Shown here piece by piece: positions 39,962 through 52,008 of a DNA stretch of 64,000 bases. Within the stretch, counting starts at the first letter, position 1. Each line of letters opens with the position of its first letter. The notes beneath the pieces were generated by a model, which made no database searches, was not told the origin of the DNA, and saw only the letters and a program-made list of their open reading frames with translations. A program made the position numbers and the translations under genes. The DNA is from Candidatus Poribacteria bacterium (GTDB lineage: Bacteria; Poribacteria; WGA-4E; WGA-3G), in assembly GCA_965242965.1 (NCBI GenBank), contig OZ251518.1:5184001-5248000 (forward strand). The letters run 5' to 3'.

Positions 39962-41244
39962 AATTCGGGCTATTTTACGAACATCAGATTCCACGTCCGT
40001 GGCACGAAGGCGCGGAACATAAACTCTTCCAAGACGCGCTCGCGCAGGTAGAATTAGCGGACACATTGGGGTTTGACTATATCTGGGAGGTGGAGCACCA
40101 CTTCCTAGAGGAGTATTCGCATTCTTCTGCGCCGGAAGTATTCCTCGCGGCGTGTAGTCAACGGACAGAACAGATTCGGTTGGGGCACGGGATTGTGCTG
40201 ATGCCGCCGGCATATAACCATCCCGCGCGCGTCGCCGAACGGATTGCGACGCTGGATCTGGTATCAAACGGGCGCGTGGAATGGGGCACCGGCGAATCTG
40301 CCTCGCATATTGAACTCGGCGGGTTTAACGTCAATCCGAACTTGAAACGGGAGATGTGGGCGGAATGCACGCGCGAGACGGCGAAGATGATGGTGCAATC
40401 GCCTTATGCCGGGTATGAAGGCGTGCATTTCTCGATGCCTGCGCGCAATGTCGTGCCGAAACCGTTGCAAACGCCGCATCCACCGCCGTGGGTTGCCTGC
40501 TCCAGCCGCGATAGCCTCCGATACGCCGCGCGATACGGCCTCGGCGCGCTCACCTTCGCCTTCATCAGTGCCGAAGAAGCGAAATTCTGGGTGGAAGAGT
40601 ATTATGAAATCTTTGAGAAGGAGTGCGTGCCCCTCGCGCAAAGGGTGAACCCGAACATCGCTATGGTGTCCGGCTTCTCGTGCCACGACGATGAGGCGAC
40701 TGCCATCGCCCGCGGCTTAGATGGACTGCGTTTTTTCCGATTTGCTCTCGCGCATTACTATCACAACGGTTCGCAGGTGCCGGGTGAAACGGATATCTGG
40801 CAGCTGTATCGTGAGGCACAGCAGGAACCGGGTGAAGGACGCGCCGGCATCGGAACGCCAGAACAGGTGCGTGAACATTTAGCGGTAATGGAGAACGCAG
40901 GCGTAGATCAGGTGGTTTTCATTCAGCAGGCAGGCGCGAATCGGCATGAGGACATCTGCGAGTCGCTGGAGTTGTTCGCTGAACGCGTTTTACCGGATTT
41001 CAAGGCGCGCGATGCGGCGCAGGTTGCAGAGAAAGAGGCGCGGCTTGCATCGGCAATTGCGCGGGCAGAAGCGCGTAAACCTGCTTTGGCATCTCTCAGC
41101 GACGTGCCGGTTGTCGATGCCTATCCTGTCCTCCGCAAAAAGCAAGAGGCACAGACAGCGGAAGCCGCCAAACCCGATGCGATGAGCGAGGATGGGAAGA
41201 ACTTTCTGATTTCCATAGAGGGTGGCAAACGCCGCGAAGCGTAA
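39958..41244 (+). CDS. LLM-class flavin-dependent oxidoreductase
   Basis: MKFGLFYEHQ, EHHFLEEYSHSSAPE, HPARVAERIATLD, PKPLQ.PHPP. Confidence 0.88.
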   Translation: MKFGLFYEHQIPRPWHEGAEHKLFQDALAQVELADTLGFDYIWEVEHHFLEEYSHSSAPEVFLAACSQRTEQIRLGHGIVLMPPAYNHPARVAERIATLDLVSNGRVEWGTGESASHIELGGFNVNPNLKREMWAECTRETAKMMVQSPYAGYEGVHFSMPARNVVPKPLQTPHPPPWVACSSRDSLRYAARYGLGALTFAFISAEEAKFWVEEYYEIFEKECVPLAQRVNPNIAMVSGFSCHDDEATAIARGLDGLRFFRFALAHYYHNGSQVPGETDIWQLYREAQQEPGEGRAGIGTPEQVREHLAVMENAGVDQVVFIQQAGANRHEDICESLELFAERVLPDFKARDAAQVAEKEARLASAIARAEARKPALASLSDVPVVDAYPVLRKKQEAQTAEAAKPDAMSEDGKNFLISIEGGKRREA

Positions 41245-41264
41245 TCATTTGACGGAGAAAAATC

Positions 41265-42689
41265 ATGAAAAACGTCCTTGTCATTGACGACGATGAGAAA
41301 ATCTGCTGGGCATTTGAGCAATTCTTGGAAGAGGAGGGCTACTCCCCGAGCATCGCCAACAATGCCGAAGAAGGATTACGCCGCATCGCATCTGATAAGC
41401 CGGACGTAGTCCTGCTTGACGTGAAGTTGCCGGGGATGAGCGGTTTGGAGGCACTCGCGCGGATCAAAGCACGGTACCCCTGGGTCATCGTGATTATTAT
41501 CACGGCGTATGACGATGTGGAGACGACTGTGGAGGCGATGCGCCTACAGGCGTTCGATTTTGTCCCGAAGCCGATCGACCTGGATGTCGTAAAAAGCACG
41601 TTAGAGCGCGCCTTCCAAGCGCAATCTGTCCGCAGCACACTCCCCGTGAAACCGGCGAGCAAACCACCGAAGGAGCAACGGGGCCCGCGGCTCGTCGGGA
41701 AAAGCGATCAGATGCGCGAAATCTACAAACTCATCGGCATCATGGCAAGCAACACGATGACGGTGCTAATCGAAGGCGAAACGGGCACGGGGAAGGACCT
41801 GGTTGCAAGGGCAATCCACGCCGGCAGTGAACGAAAAGATATGCCGTTCGTGCCGGTGAACTGCGGTGCCATCCCCGATGAGCTGCTAGAAAGCGAACTG
41901 TTCGGTTACGAGGCAGGCGCGTTCACCGGCGCGAAGGCGGAAGGGAAACCAGGACGGTTTGAACTCGCTAACGGCGGCACCCTCTTCCTCGATGAAGTCG
42001 GGAACATGACACCGGCATTGCAGGTGAAACTCCTGCGCGCGTTGCAAACGCACGAAATTGAGAGACTCGGCGGCACCCGCATCCTGAAAGTGGATGTGCG
42101 CGTCATCGCCGCCACGAATCAGGAACTCGGACAAATGGTCCAACGCGGGCAATTCCGCGATGATCTCTATTACCGCTTCAAGCGCATCGCGCTCCATCTC
42201 CCACCGTTGCGCGAACGCAGCGAGGATGTGCCGCTGCTCATCACGCATTTCCTACAACTCGCGCAAGACGAATTGCGGAAATCCATTCGCGGTATCTCGG
42301 AAGAAGGAATGGCACTGCTACTCCGTTACGACTGGCCCGGCAACATCCGCGAACTAGAAAACTGCATTAGAAGCGCGGCGACGCTCGCCCGCGCAGATGT
42401 CATCATGCCCGCTGATCTACCGATAGAAGTGCAGACTGGATGCCGGCCAACCGCTGTCAACGCCTCGCCGTTGGAAGATTCCCTGCAAACTACCTTACAC
42501 CGCATGATTCAGGAAGCCATCGCCGAAGAAAAAAATGAACTCTATGAGGATGTCGTCGCGGTGGTGGACAAGGTGCTTATCGGGCTCGTGTTAGAGGCAT
42601 TTTCGGGCAATCATAGTAAGACTGCGGAATTGCTCGGCATGAGCCGCACGACGCTAATTAAGAAAATCAGACAACATATTGAAAAATAA
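41265..42689 (+). CDS. Sigma54-dependent response regulator (NtrC family)
   Basis: Receiver domain, GETGTGK, ESELFG, GAFTGA, WPGNIRELEN, Fis-type HTH. Confidence 0.93.
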   Translation: MKNVLVIDDDEKICWAFEQFLEEEGYSPSIANNAEEGLRRIASDKPDVVLLDVKLPGMSGLEALARIKARYPWVIVIIITAYDDVETTVEAMRLQAFDFVPKPIDLDVVKSTLERAFQAQSVRSTLPVKPASKPPKEQRGPRLVGKSDQMREIYKLIGIMASNTMTVLIEGETGTGKDLVARAIHAGSERKDMPFVPVNCGAIPDELLESELFGYEAGAFTGAKAEGKPGRFELANGGTLFLDEVGNMTPALQVKLLRALQTHEIERLGGTRILKVDVRVIAATNQELGQMVQRGQFRDDLYYRFKRIALHLPPLRERSEDVPLLITHFLQLAQDELRKSIRGISEEGMALLLRYDWPGNIRELENCIRSAATLARADVIMPADLPIEVQTGCRPTAVNASPLEDSLQTTLHRMIQEAIAEEKNELYEDVVAVVDKVLIGLVLEAFSGNHSKTAELLGMSRTTLIKKIRQHIEK

Positions 42690-42766
42690 TCGTTTGTCCA
42701 TCTTACCGTAGGGCGCGGGCTTGTGCGTAGTCGCGCGGTTTGGAGGGGTTTTCTCTATCTTACCGT

Positions 42767-43097
42767 GAGGGTGTTTCATAACTCCGTTTCGGTATTTATT
42801 CCCTATTGGGGAAGGACGAATACCAAAAGCCATCGGGCCCACCTTTGTAGTTCGGGATCGCCTGATCCCGAACGGGTCAGGATCAGGCGATCCTGACCTA
42901 CAGGGGTGAGGCGGTCTGACACCAAAACGCATGGCGAGGGCCTGTCCCTCGCCATGTTGGATTTCGCGGGTTACGGTATTGCATCGAGACCGGGAGGTCT
43001 CTCCTACGCCAGTCCTTCCCCATTTTGCGATCAGGCGATCGCAAACTACAGAGAGGGCGGAGACTTCGCGGGAGGACAGGCCCCCGCGCTACGGTAA
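42767..43097. mobile_element. REP mosaic E12 with left TIR only
   Basis: GAGGGTGTTTCATAACTCCGTTTCGG at 42767. Confidence 0.8.
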
Positions 43098-43122
43098 CAA
43101 GATGGAATCGAAAAAAAATATC

Positions 43123-43905
43123 ATGACACCTTGGATTCGCATTGCCCATCGCGGCGCATCGGGAACCGCCCCGGAAAATACGCTCGCCGCCTTCAACAAA
43201 GCACTCGAAATCGGCGTGGATGCCGTCGAATTTGACTTGCACGGAACCGCCGATGGAGAAATCGTCGTCATTCACGATGCCTCGTTGGACAGGACCACCA
43301 ACCTCAGCGGGCTCGTCAGCAAAAAGAAATTAGAGACTATCAAGTGCGCGGATGCAGGCGCATGGTTTCATCCTGATTTTAAGGGGGACTGGCGCATGAG
43401 GACTGATGCCGTTGGCAGAGAGATTTTCTGGTTTCCTCCCGATGCGAAAGGCGAACGTGTGCCGACGCTAGAAGAGGCACTTGAATGTATCACGCCAAAG
43501 GCGATGGCAGTCGCCGAAATCAAAGACCCGAGGATTGGCGAGCGCGTCGTCACCAAAATCCGAGAGGCGAACGCGGTAGATAAAGTAGTCATCATCTCCT
43601 TTCACACCTCAGTGTTACAGGAGGTTCGCGATGTGGAGCCGCGCATCCCAACAGGATGGCTCATCGGGAGCCACACGAATATTGCATCGCCGATAGCCTT
43701 GTGCCAGCAATTAGGCGAGTTCGGGTTTAATTTCCTGAACGTAAATCATTCATTGATAACGGCAGAATTCGCTTATGAGGTGCGGCGGCGGGGCATCGCG
43801 CTGTGGTGCTGGACTGTTGATGACATCGTCCGCATGCGCGAGTTGAAGGCGTGGGGAGTGCAGGGGATTACGTCGAATCATCCGGAACGGTTCGCGAAGG
43901 TTTAG
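43123..43905 (+). CDS. Glycerophosphodiester phosphodiesterase
   Basis: IAHRGASG.APENT, VEFD, IHD..LDRTT, VPTLEE, WTVD. Start is 43102 or 43123. Confidence 0.9.
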   Translation: MTPWIRIAHRGASGTAPENTLAAFNKALEIGVDAVEFDLHGTADGEIVVIHDASLDRTTNLSGLVSKKKLETIKCADAGAWFHPDFKGDWRMRTDAVGREIFWFPPDAKGERVPTLEEALECITPKAMAVAEIKDPRIGERVVTKIREANAVDKVVIISFHTSVLQEVRDVEPRIPTGWLIGSHTNIASPIALCQQLGEFGFNFLNVNHSLITAEFAYEVRRRGIALWCWTVDDIVRMRELKAWGVQGITSNHPERFAKV

Positions 43906-43907
43906 CC

Positions 43908-44204
43908 GAGAGGGTTTCATAACTCCATTTCGGTATTTATTCCCCCTTGGGAACTCGCGAATACCAGAAGCCATCGGGCCCACCTCTGTAGTTCGGGATC
44001 GCCAGATCCCGAACAGGTCAGGATCAGGCGATCCTGACCTACAGGGGTGAGGCGTTCTGATACCAAAACGGTGGCGAGGGGAACCCTCTTCCATGCGCGT
44101 GTGGCATGCGAGGGACAGGCCCTCGCCCTACGTGAAGGGGCGGCGTTTTTTTCCGCATCGCGGGGCATATCACCGCGACGTTGAGCGATATATGAAACCC
44201 CCTC
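43908..44204. mobile_element. TIR-bounded REP mosaic element E13
   Basis: GAGAGGGTTTCATA ... CGACGTTGAGCGATATATGAAACCCCCTC. Confidence 0.85.
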
Positions 44205-44206
44205 AA

Positions 44207-45100
44207 TTAATGCCGATACGCTTCCCCGATCAGATTATTCGCGGCGCGGACCGGACGGAAAAGCGTCTGCCGTTTCGCCGGCATTTCCTCAAGCAACTTC
44301 GGATGCGGATTCCAGTCGTGCCACTTGCTATTCACCGTGTTATAGCAACTGAAAATCGCAAGCCGTTTGTTATCGGCGTTCGTCCACTGATGCGTGCTAT
44401 GCGTCAACGCCTCCGTGAAAAAGAGCAACGAACCCGCCGGGCATTCATAAGTATCCCAAATCGGCGAATCCGGTGTCCGGAGCGAATCGGGGGCGGTATA
44501 GACTGCCTTGTGACTCCCCGTGACGAATAGCGTCCCACCTTGCCGATATTTGACAGGGTTGAGCTCCCACACGACGCGGGTTAACCCGCTGTATCCCTTG
44601 CCGGGGATGCATCGATAGAGATGCGAATCGCCGGGCAAGCGCAACATGCCGTTGCCGTTGTGCGGCCCGAAATGTCCATCGCCTACCTTGCGATAAAACA
44701 TGTGACACGACTCCATCCGGAACCCGTAGCATTCTTGGCTGGATAACGCCGGGTGCGCGAGGAATTCGTTGAGGAACCCGACAACGTGAGGATGGTCTGC
44801 CAGTTTTTGCATCGGCCCGCCGAGCGGCGAACGTTCGTGTTCCGGGATAGACTCCGGTTCATGATGCAGGCGGTGCCCGAACTCCTGCATTGCCGCGAGT
44901 TCGTCGCCGGACAGCACACCCGGCACCAGAAGCCAGCCGCGCATATCAAACACGTATTTCTGCTCCTGCGTCGGCGGGACAACCGGTGAACCATCGGAAG
45001 TCGTCGCTGTCAACTCAGCCTTCTCTACGTCAAGTGCCGAACCTAAGTTTTTGTCAATAATAAAAGGTTCGGTGTGATGCATTTCCATTGCCATGAGCAT
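44207..45100 (-). CDS. Phytanoyl-CoA dioxygenase (PhyH) family protein
   Basis: QKY.FD..GWL, H.G, GGT.F..GSHK, AGS...FTEAL.H. Confidence 0.75.
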   Translation of the reverse strand: MLMAMEMHHTEPFIIDKNLGSALDVEKAELTATTSDGSPVVPPTQEQKYVFDMRGWLLVPGVLSGDELAAMQEFGHRLHHEPESIPEHERSPLGGPMQKLADHPHVVGFLNEFLAHPALSSQECYGFRMESCHMFYRKVGDGHFGPHNGNGMLRLPGDSHLYRCIPGKGYSGLTRVVWELNPVKYRQGGTLFVTGSHKAVYTAPDSLRTPDSPIWDTYECPAGSLLFFTEALTHSTHQWTNADNKRLAIFSCYNTVNSKWHDWNPHPKLLEEMPAKRQTLFRPVRAANNLIGEAYRH

Positions 45101-45134
45101 TTCTCCTTTTTTTCATCTTCCGCGAAAATAACCC

Positions 45135-46328
45135 TTACGCTGCCGCCTTCGCGCGCTTGAGGGCATCCTCGGAAACGTTCAACGTCTTCGCCACGTCTTC
45201 ATCGGTATGCGAGATGGACATGAACCAGATATGTCCCTCCGGTAAATAGAGCCCGCCATCTAAAGTCGCTTCATAGAAGGTTTTGCGGAACTTCTCGCTG
45301 CACGCGGAGCCCAGTCCAAAGAACGGCATGGGCCCGATGCCGCCGGTGCGCGCACCGTCAATACCGAGGCGTGCTGTCATCTCCTGATACCCGTCCAGCA
45401 GCTTTTGTCCCTGTTTCCACATCAGCGCGACACCGTCGGTTGCCTCCAATTCCTGAATCGTGGCGATTGCGGCACCGACGAGGGAGACTTCGCCGTGGAA
45501 CGTCGCCGCTACCCAGACATCGGAGACTTCGTCCATTATCTCCTTTTTGCCGACGACAACGGCGGTGGCAAACCCGTTGGCGAGTGCCTTCCCGAAGACT
45601 GACATGTCCGGTGTAACCCCGAAGTATTCCTGCGCGCCGCCCAGGGCATACCTGAATCCTGTCTTCACTTCGTCAAAAATGAGAAGCGCGCCGTTGGCAT
45701 TGACGAGTGCCTTCGCTTCCTCCAGATATCCCTCTTCCGGCAGCGCGTGCCCAGAAGGTTCCAAGATGAAGCAGGCAATCTTCCCCGGATGTGCTTTAAA
45801 AAGAGCGGCGAGTGTATCCAAGTCATTGAAATCCACGCTAAGCGTTGCTGCAGCCGCGCTTGACAGGTGTCCACGGGCGTGACTACACCAATCGTGCCAG
45901 CCGTGATAGCCGCACCGGATGATCTTCTCTCTGCCGGTGTAAGCCCGCGCGAACTTAATCGCCCCGGTCGTTGCATCCGAGCCGCCGACGAAGTAAGCGA
46001 CTCTCTCCGCCGAGGGGATAATCTGCACCAATTTTTCGGCGAGTTCCACCTCCAGCGTATGTCCAAAGTTATAGACGTTGCCTCGCTCCAGATACTTCGC
46101 GACAGCCTCTCTCACGGCGGGATAGGCGTGTCCGAGGATCATCGGCCCGTATCCCATCAGGTAGTCAATATAGTCGTTGCCATCGGCATCCCAGAAGTGC
46201 GCGCCCTTTCCGCCAGCAATCATAATCGGTTGCGGCGGTTGGCTCTGCTTATGCGGTTGTCCGCCGCCGACTAAGGCGGCTTTGGCGCGTTCACGCCACG
46301 CAAATGATTTTTCAAAACTTCGTGCCAT
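45135..46328 (-). CDS. Class III PLP-dependent aminotransferase (glutamate-1-semialdehyde aminomutase-like)
   Basis: WDADGNDYID, YHGWHD, LIFDEVKTGFR, FGKALANG; start trimmed to MARSF. Confidence 0.88.
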   Translation of the reverse strand: MARSFEKSFAWRERAKAALVGGGQPHKQSQPPQPIMIAGGKGAHFWDADGNDYIDYLMGYGPMILGHAYPAVREAVAKYLERGNVYNFGHTLEVELAEKLVQIIPSAERVAYFVGGSDATTGAIKFARAYTGREKIIRCGYHGWHDWCSHARGHLSSAAAATLSVDFNDLDTLAALFKAHPGKIACFILEPSGHALPEEGYLEEAKALVNANGALLIFDEVKTGFRYALGGAQEYFGVTPDMSVFGKALANGFATAVVVGKKEIMDEVSDVWVAATFHGEVSLVGAAIATIQELEATDGVALMWKQGQKLLDGYQEMTARLGIDGARTGGIGPMPFFGLGSACSEKFRKTFYEATLDGGLYLPEGHIWFMSISHTDEDVAKTLNVSEDALKRAKAAA

Positions 46329-46396
46329 CCACACGTCCCTCCAATTCGTTTGACGTAACGATACCACAATTCCGCATTTTATATCAAATTACGTTT

Positions 46397-47085
46397 TGAA
46401 GTGTTTCATATCTCCGTTTCGGTATTTATTCCCCCTCTTGGTAGGAGAGACCAGGAGGTCTCAATTTTCCCGTAGCGCGGGGGCCTGTCCCCCGCGAGTG
46501 CTAGATGACGCGAGGCATGGCGAGGGAAACCCGCTCGCCTGCGCGTGTGGCATCCGAGGGCCCAAGCCCTACGGTGAAGGGAGACAACCCCGACAACCGT
46601 AGCGCGGGGGCCTGTCCCCCGCGAACTCTCAAGAAGCGTCATTTTCACCATAGCGCGGGGGCCTGTCCCCCGCGATCGTTCGATCGCGCGGACGATTCAC
46701 CCCCATCTGTAGTTCGGGAGCGCCCGCTCCCGAAACGGTTCAAGAGCAGGCGCTCTTGACCTACAGAAGAAGAGGGGAGGAGGATGTCTGGTGCCTGAAC
46801 GATGGCGAGGGACAGGCCCTCGCCCTACGGTGAAAGGAGACAACCCCGACAACCGTAGCGCGGGGGCCTGTCCCCCGCGATCGTTCCTTGCAAAAACCGT
46901 TTTTTTTCCACCGTAGCGCGGGGGCCTGTCCCCCGCGATCGCCATCATCACGATGTGTGTTTCCGCGTCTGTAGTTTGTGATCGCCTGATCACAAACAGG
47001 TCAGGATCGCTTGGAAACCAATATGCCAGAGCTTCAGACGATCCTTACCTACAGAAGAGGGGAGGAGGTCTGGTGCATGAACGAT
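46397..47085. mobile_element. REP mosaic E14 with a degenerate left TIR
   Basis: TGAAGTGTTTCATATCTCCGTTTCGG at ~46397 followed by about 12 hairpins. Confidence 0.8.
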
Positions 47086-47270
47086 ATATCCCAATTGAAC
47101 GCATTCTTAATTTGACAAATGCACGCAAAATGTGATATAATTAAGACAGTTGTAGAAATCCGCCTGCCAACGTGGCGGCGGCACGTATCGCGCTATAAAC
47201 AGCGCGCTTCAATTCAAACCGCTCTCAAAGCCAAGAGGAAACTAACAATAGAGCGCGAAACTCGTTTATC

Positions 47271-50200
47271 ATGATGAAAGCAATGAATCTTCATAAAAAC
47301 TTTATTATCAACGCCGCCTTGTGCTGCCTGATTCTCGGGGTTGTGATGTGGGGAAGCACACCGCAGGTTGCTGCGCAGAATCTGCAGGATGTTATCAGAG
47401 ATGACAACCTTGAAATTGTAATCAACAAGGCACTCGGACGCTCGGCTCCGTACAATCAGCCGATCAGTTGGTCAGATCTGTCAAATATGAGCTTCACCGA
47501 ACTGAATGCGAGCGGTTACGGTAAAGCCGAAGGGGAAAAAATCTCCGACCTTAGAGGCCTAGGATACGCAGTCTGGCTGACGGACCTGGACCTGAGCCAC
47601 AACGATATTACGGTCCCCCTGTTGTCAAGTATAACATTACAGTTGGCAAAATTGAACCTGAGCAACAACAAGATTACTAACCTCTCTGAGTTATCAGGTA
47701 TAACAACACTGAAAGAGCTGAACCTGAGCAATAACAGGATTACCGACATCTCTCAGTTGTCAGGTTTAACAAACTTGACGCATCTGAGTTTGGCGAACAA
47801 TTCGCTTGAGGATACGCCGACTAGGAATAATGGGCTTGATAATCAGCCTAATACTGAGGACGACTATTTCGAGGGCCCCACTGATGCACAAGCTAAGTTG
47901 AGGCATTTAAGCCGTTTTAACAATCTGGAAGTGTTAAACGTCTCGCACAACTCCATCCTCAACATCAATGTGGTGCAAGGTTTGACTGCACTGACAGGTT
48001 TGGCCATTGGCAACAACCCAATCGTGGATTTCACGCCGATTTTTGACCACGTCTCCGAAGGGGTTACTGTCTACACTACGTTTGGGACAGTCGCCAACAT
48101 TCCCGATTGGGAACTCAGAAATGCCTTAAAAGCCGCTGCCTACTCACAAGGTATCACAAGTGGTTTCGTCAGTAAGTTGGAACAGGCGGCTTCAGATTGG
48201 CTCAATGCCCGTGGTGCCCGTGACGGCTACATAACGCTCTCTGTAGAGCTGTTGAGAGGTATAATTGAACGTGAGCCTGTGACAGTCCAGATTTTGGAGC
48301 CGCTCCGCGAGTTGGATGCCTCATCTGGCAGCGGCTACGCTGTCTCGGACTTAACCGGACTGGATACCTACTGTCGGAACTTAGAGAAGTTAAACCTTGA
48401 GGGGGTCGTGTTTGAAACTGTTGAGACCTCCTATGAGATTATTGGTAGATTGACGCAATTGAAAACGTTAGATCTTTACCAGCATGTCTTCTTCGGCGAT
48501 GGGTACTGGCACGAACACCTCCATCACCTCGGAAATTTGAAGGCGTTAAGGTGGTTAGATCTTCGAGGGACTACCCTCCGGGATATCACGGCACTTGCAG
48601 GATTGACTGCGCTAGAGAGACTCGATCTTAGGTCCAACCATATTAGCACGCTTGAGCCCCTTGAAAATTTGACGAATTTACAGATGCTGTATCTCCATCC
48701 GCAGAATCAGGTGGATTCGTATTCTACGCCTCTGCAGCAGCCCCGGGAACTCACCGGTTTAGAGTTCCAGACACTTCGGACGTTGGCGGATCGAATCCAG
48801 CACCCATGGGTTACCGATACGGTTATCGTGAAGTCTTATAAAATCGCGTTGGAACCCGCAGTAGCGTATGGTGCCGGGTCGAATATTATTATTGAGGTAA
48901 CGTTCCAGGGCTTAATCAGTCCCGATCCAGATTTTACAGGCGATCCGAATCCTTCTCAAACAAGACCGTATCTCCTCCTAGATTTCGGCAATGAGGTTGG
49001 CGGCATAGCCGAATGGATTGCGCACACTTATGTCGCGGAAGAGAATGCTACAAAGGTCGAGTTCGCCTATCCTGTCCATTCAGAGGATAGGGAGGGTGAA
49101 GTGATTATTAAGGGTCTGGAGTTGAAGATACCTGAATCGGGGGCACTGGTTCACTGGAGACCTCTTGACAACTCTATATTCCCGATGGCGGAACAGCCGA
49201 TAATCATTAATGTTGACGATCAGAATCCTAAGCTAGTAACTATAGCGACGATCCCTGCAACCGATGGCGATGTCGTCGAGAACCAGGCCTACCCGATTAG
49301 CAGTCTGAACCGCTATAGCTTCTCATACGATCTGCCGCTGCGATCGGGGGCACCTATTGTCCAGACACAGCCAACGGTGCAAATGCGCCGTGCCGGTGGG
49401 GGAACAGGGGCAGTAACCGGTGAAAAGTTTGATGTGGAAATTACCTTTAGCGGGCCCTTGGACGAACCTAGTGCTGCCGCATTGGCTAGCAAAATTTCCT
49501 TAGAGGAGAATGTCAAGGGGGGGGGTCTCTATCAGTGCCCCAAAGCGTCCGGGCGTGCCGAAAGTTTATGAACCGGAGACGTGGACGCTGTCTGTCTTCG
49601 TAGCCGCGGGCGTGAGTGGCAATGTCACCGTGACGCTAGATTTGACAGGTTTGACAGATGCGGCGATTCCGGGCAACCCGGTTGCTTCAGCAGGTTCCAC
49701 GCTGTCTCTCACCGTGCCGGTGAATCGTCCGGGTGAGAGTGTGCCGGAAACGGAGCCGGTTGTCTTCGGCAGTGCCAACAATTCCCTGGAATTCTCGATT
49801 GTCTTCGAGGAAGATGGTGTGACTTACGAGGGGACAGCGAAGCCGTATATTACGATTTACTTGGGCGAGCGTGTTCAGGCGAATGAGCGTCATGCCGTGT
49901 GGGCGCGTGCGGAAGATGCGAATTCGACGAGAGTGACGTTCGAGTATCAGGTCGGTGCGGTTGACTTTGCTTCGGAGGTATCGTTAAAATCCGAAGAGGG
50001 TGTTGCGATTCCGAAGGGCACCACCTTTGTGAGTGAGTCTGTCCGTATCGTAGGGAATGATCCGCCGGCTCGTGCGGCGGGTGAGGCACCTCCTGCTACC
50101 ACGGCGGCACCGTCTCAACCGGCTGCGGGTTCGCCGCAGATTACCGTCGGTGGGAATAAGCGCGTCTCCTTGACGACTGCGTTTGCGCGGCCCACCGTGC

Positions 50201-51984
50201 TAAAACGTAGCGTTGAGATTCAGGGTATCGTGTATTTGCCGCCGACAGAAGAAGAGGAAACAAAAGCGGATGCTTCGGGTGTGCCGCGTTCGCCGGTCGT
50301 TTTCAACGAGCTCGGCAATGGCAGTGGTGATTCCAACGACTGGTTGGAGTTCCGCAATGTCACGGGTTCGGCAGTCTCTTTGAAAGACTGGGAGCTCAGC
50401 GTCGTGCAGAATGGAGAGAAGAAGGATACGTCGCTGATCGTGTTTTCGGATGTCAGTGTCCCGGCGAATGGTTTGTTGCTAATAACCAACAGCGATCCGA
50501 CGGCAGATGGCAATCTTCTCGCCGGTGGTGATAACGCCGCTACCTCGGCGGTGGAGAGCAAAGGTTCTTCGCATCTGTATTACGCCAATTCCGGGCTTGC
50601 GTTGCCGGATGATGGGAAGTTCCTGTTGATTCTTCGGAAATCGAAGGAGAAACTCGGTAAGAATGAGGCGTTCGTGGATGTCGCCGGTGGCGGTGGCAGT
50701 GGCACGGATGCGTTTATCCGCGATCAGACCGGCGAGTATGATACGCATGTCTGGCCCTTGCAAGTGCGTGAGGCACCGGGTGGCGATACGGAAGATGCGC
50801 TTGGTTCGGGCAAAGTCTGGCAGCGCGCGAAAGCGGATATTGTGGGTTACCACAAGGATGCTTGGGCAGAGGCGGCGTTTACGGGTATCGGCTATGACAG
50901 GGCTGTCTCGAAGTCCGCGGCGACTGCTGGCACGCCGGGCTATCCGAATGGTGCGTTGAAAACGGAGGCATCCACGCCGCAGGGGAGTATCACCATCAGC
51001 GAGGTGATGTTTGACTCGGGTGGTGGCAAACTGCCGCAGTGGGTGGAGTTGTATAACAAATCCAAAACCGAGGCAATCAATCTGAATCGGTGGAGATTGG
51101 AGATTCAGAATGTCAATTCCGAGGATTTAGTCGGTCGCCCGATTGTGACGTTGACGTTGGGTGAGAAAATCATTCAGCCGAATCAGACGTTGCTGATTGT
51201 ATCGGGTGATGCGCGTGCGTCCTCGTCGGCGCGTTTACCGGCGGATCGGGTTTACAACCTCTTCAAACTGCATGAGAAGAATCTGCGTATCAAGAAGCCG
51301 CAGGATACGTTCCTGAGTGCTGTCGGTTTCTATCTGAAGCTGTCCGATCGGAATGGGACAAAGATAGACGAAGTCGGCAATACGGATGGGAATCGTCGCA
51401 CCGATGATGCGCCGTCGTGGGCATTACCGGTGAGTCCCGAGGATGGCGTGCGGAGTTCGTTAATCCGTCGTTATACCAAAGGGACATCGGTTGCGGAGGA
51501 TGGCATGGCGCGCGGGGGTTGGGTGTTGGCATCGAACGTCAAGCGTTTCGTGGCTAACAAGGAGCTCCACTGGGGCCATGCTGAGGATATCGGCACCCCG
51601 GGGTATCGTGCCGGCGGTCCGCTGCCCGTTGAGTTATCGAGTTTCTCGGTGACGCGTCTGGAATCCGGTGCGGTTGTGTTGACTTGGACGACAGAGTCCG
51701 AGGTCGACAATGCTGGATTTAACCTGCGTCGGAGTGAGACGCGCGACAGTGGCTTTACGTTATTGAATCCTGCGCTGATCGCCGGTGCTGGCACTACGGG
51801 TGAACGTCAGGCGTATACGTTTACAGATACGTCGGCAAAGCCGGGTGTTGAGTATTTCTATCAGATCGAGGAAGTTTCGTTTGACGGCGGTCCTGTGCCG
51901 TTAGTGACGCGGTTTTTGCCGGGTCCTGTCTCGGCTTCCAATCGGATGTTAACGACGTTCGGTGCTGTTAAGTCGCGGGATTAA
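47271..51984 (+). pseudogene. Large secreted protein (internalin-like LRRs, beta-rich middle region, two lamin-tail-like domains, PLPVELSSF-type C-terminal domain) split by a frameshift at a G9 tract (49517-49525)
   Basis: Signal peptide; LxxLxLxxNxIxDLxxL repeats; VVFNE...DWLEFRN and ITISEVMF...QWVELYN...GTPG. G8 would fuse ORFs 47271-49571 and 49510-51984. Confidence 0.75.
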
Positions 51985-52008
51985 GTTTCCGTTTGGTTAT
52001 ATGTTCGT

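Noticed and set aside
45135-46328. Calling the aminotransferase hemL
   Set aside because: It lacks the typical PGGVNSPVR and NSGTEA motifs, so it is kept at family level.
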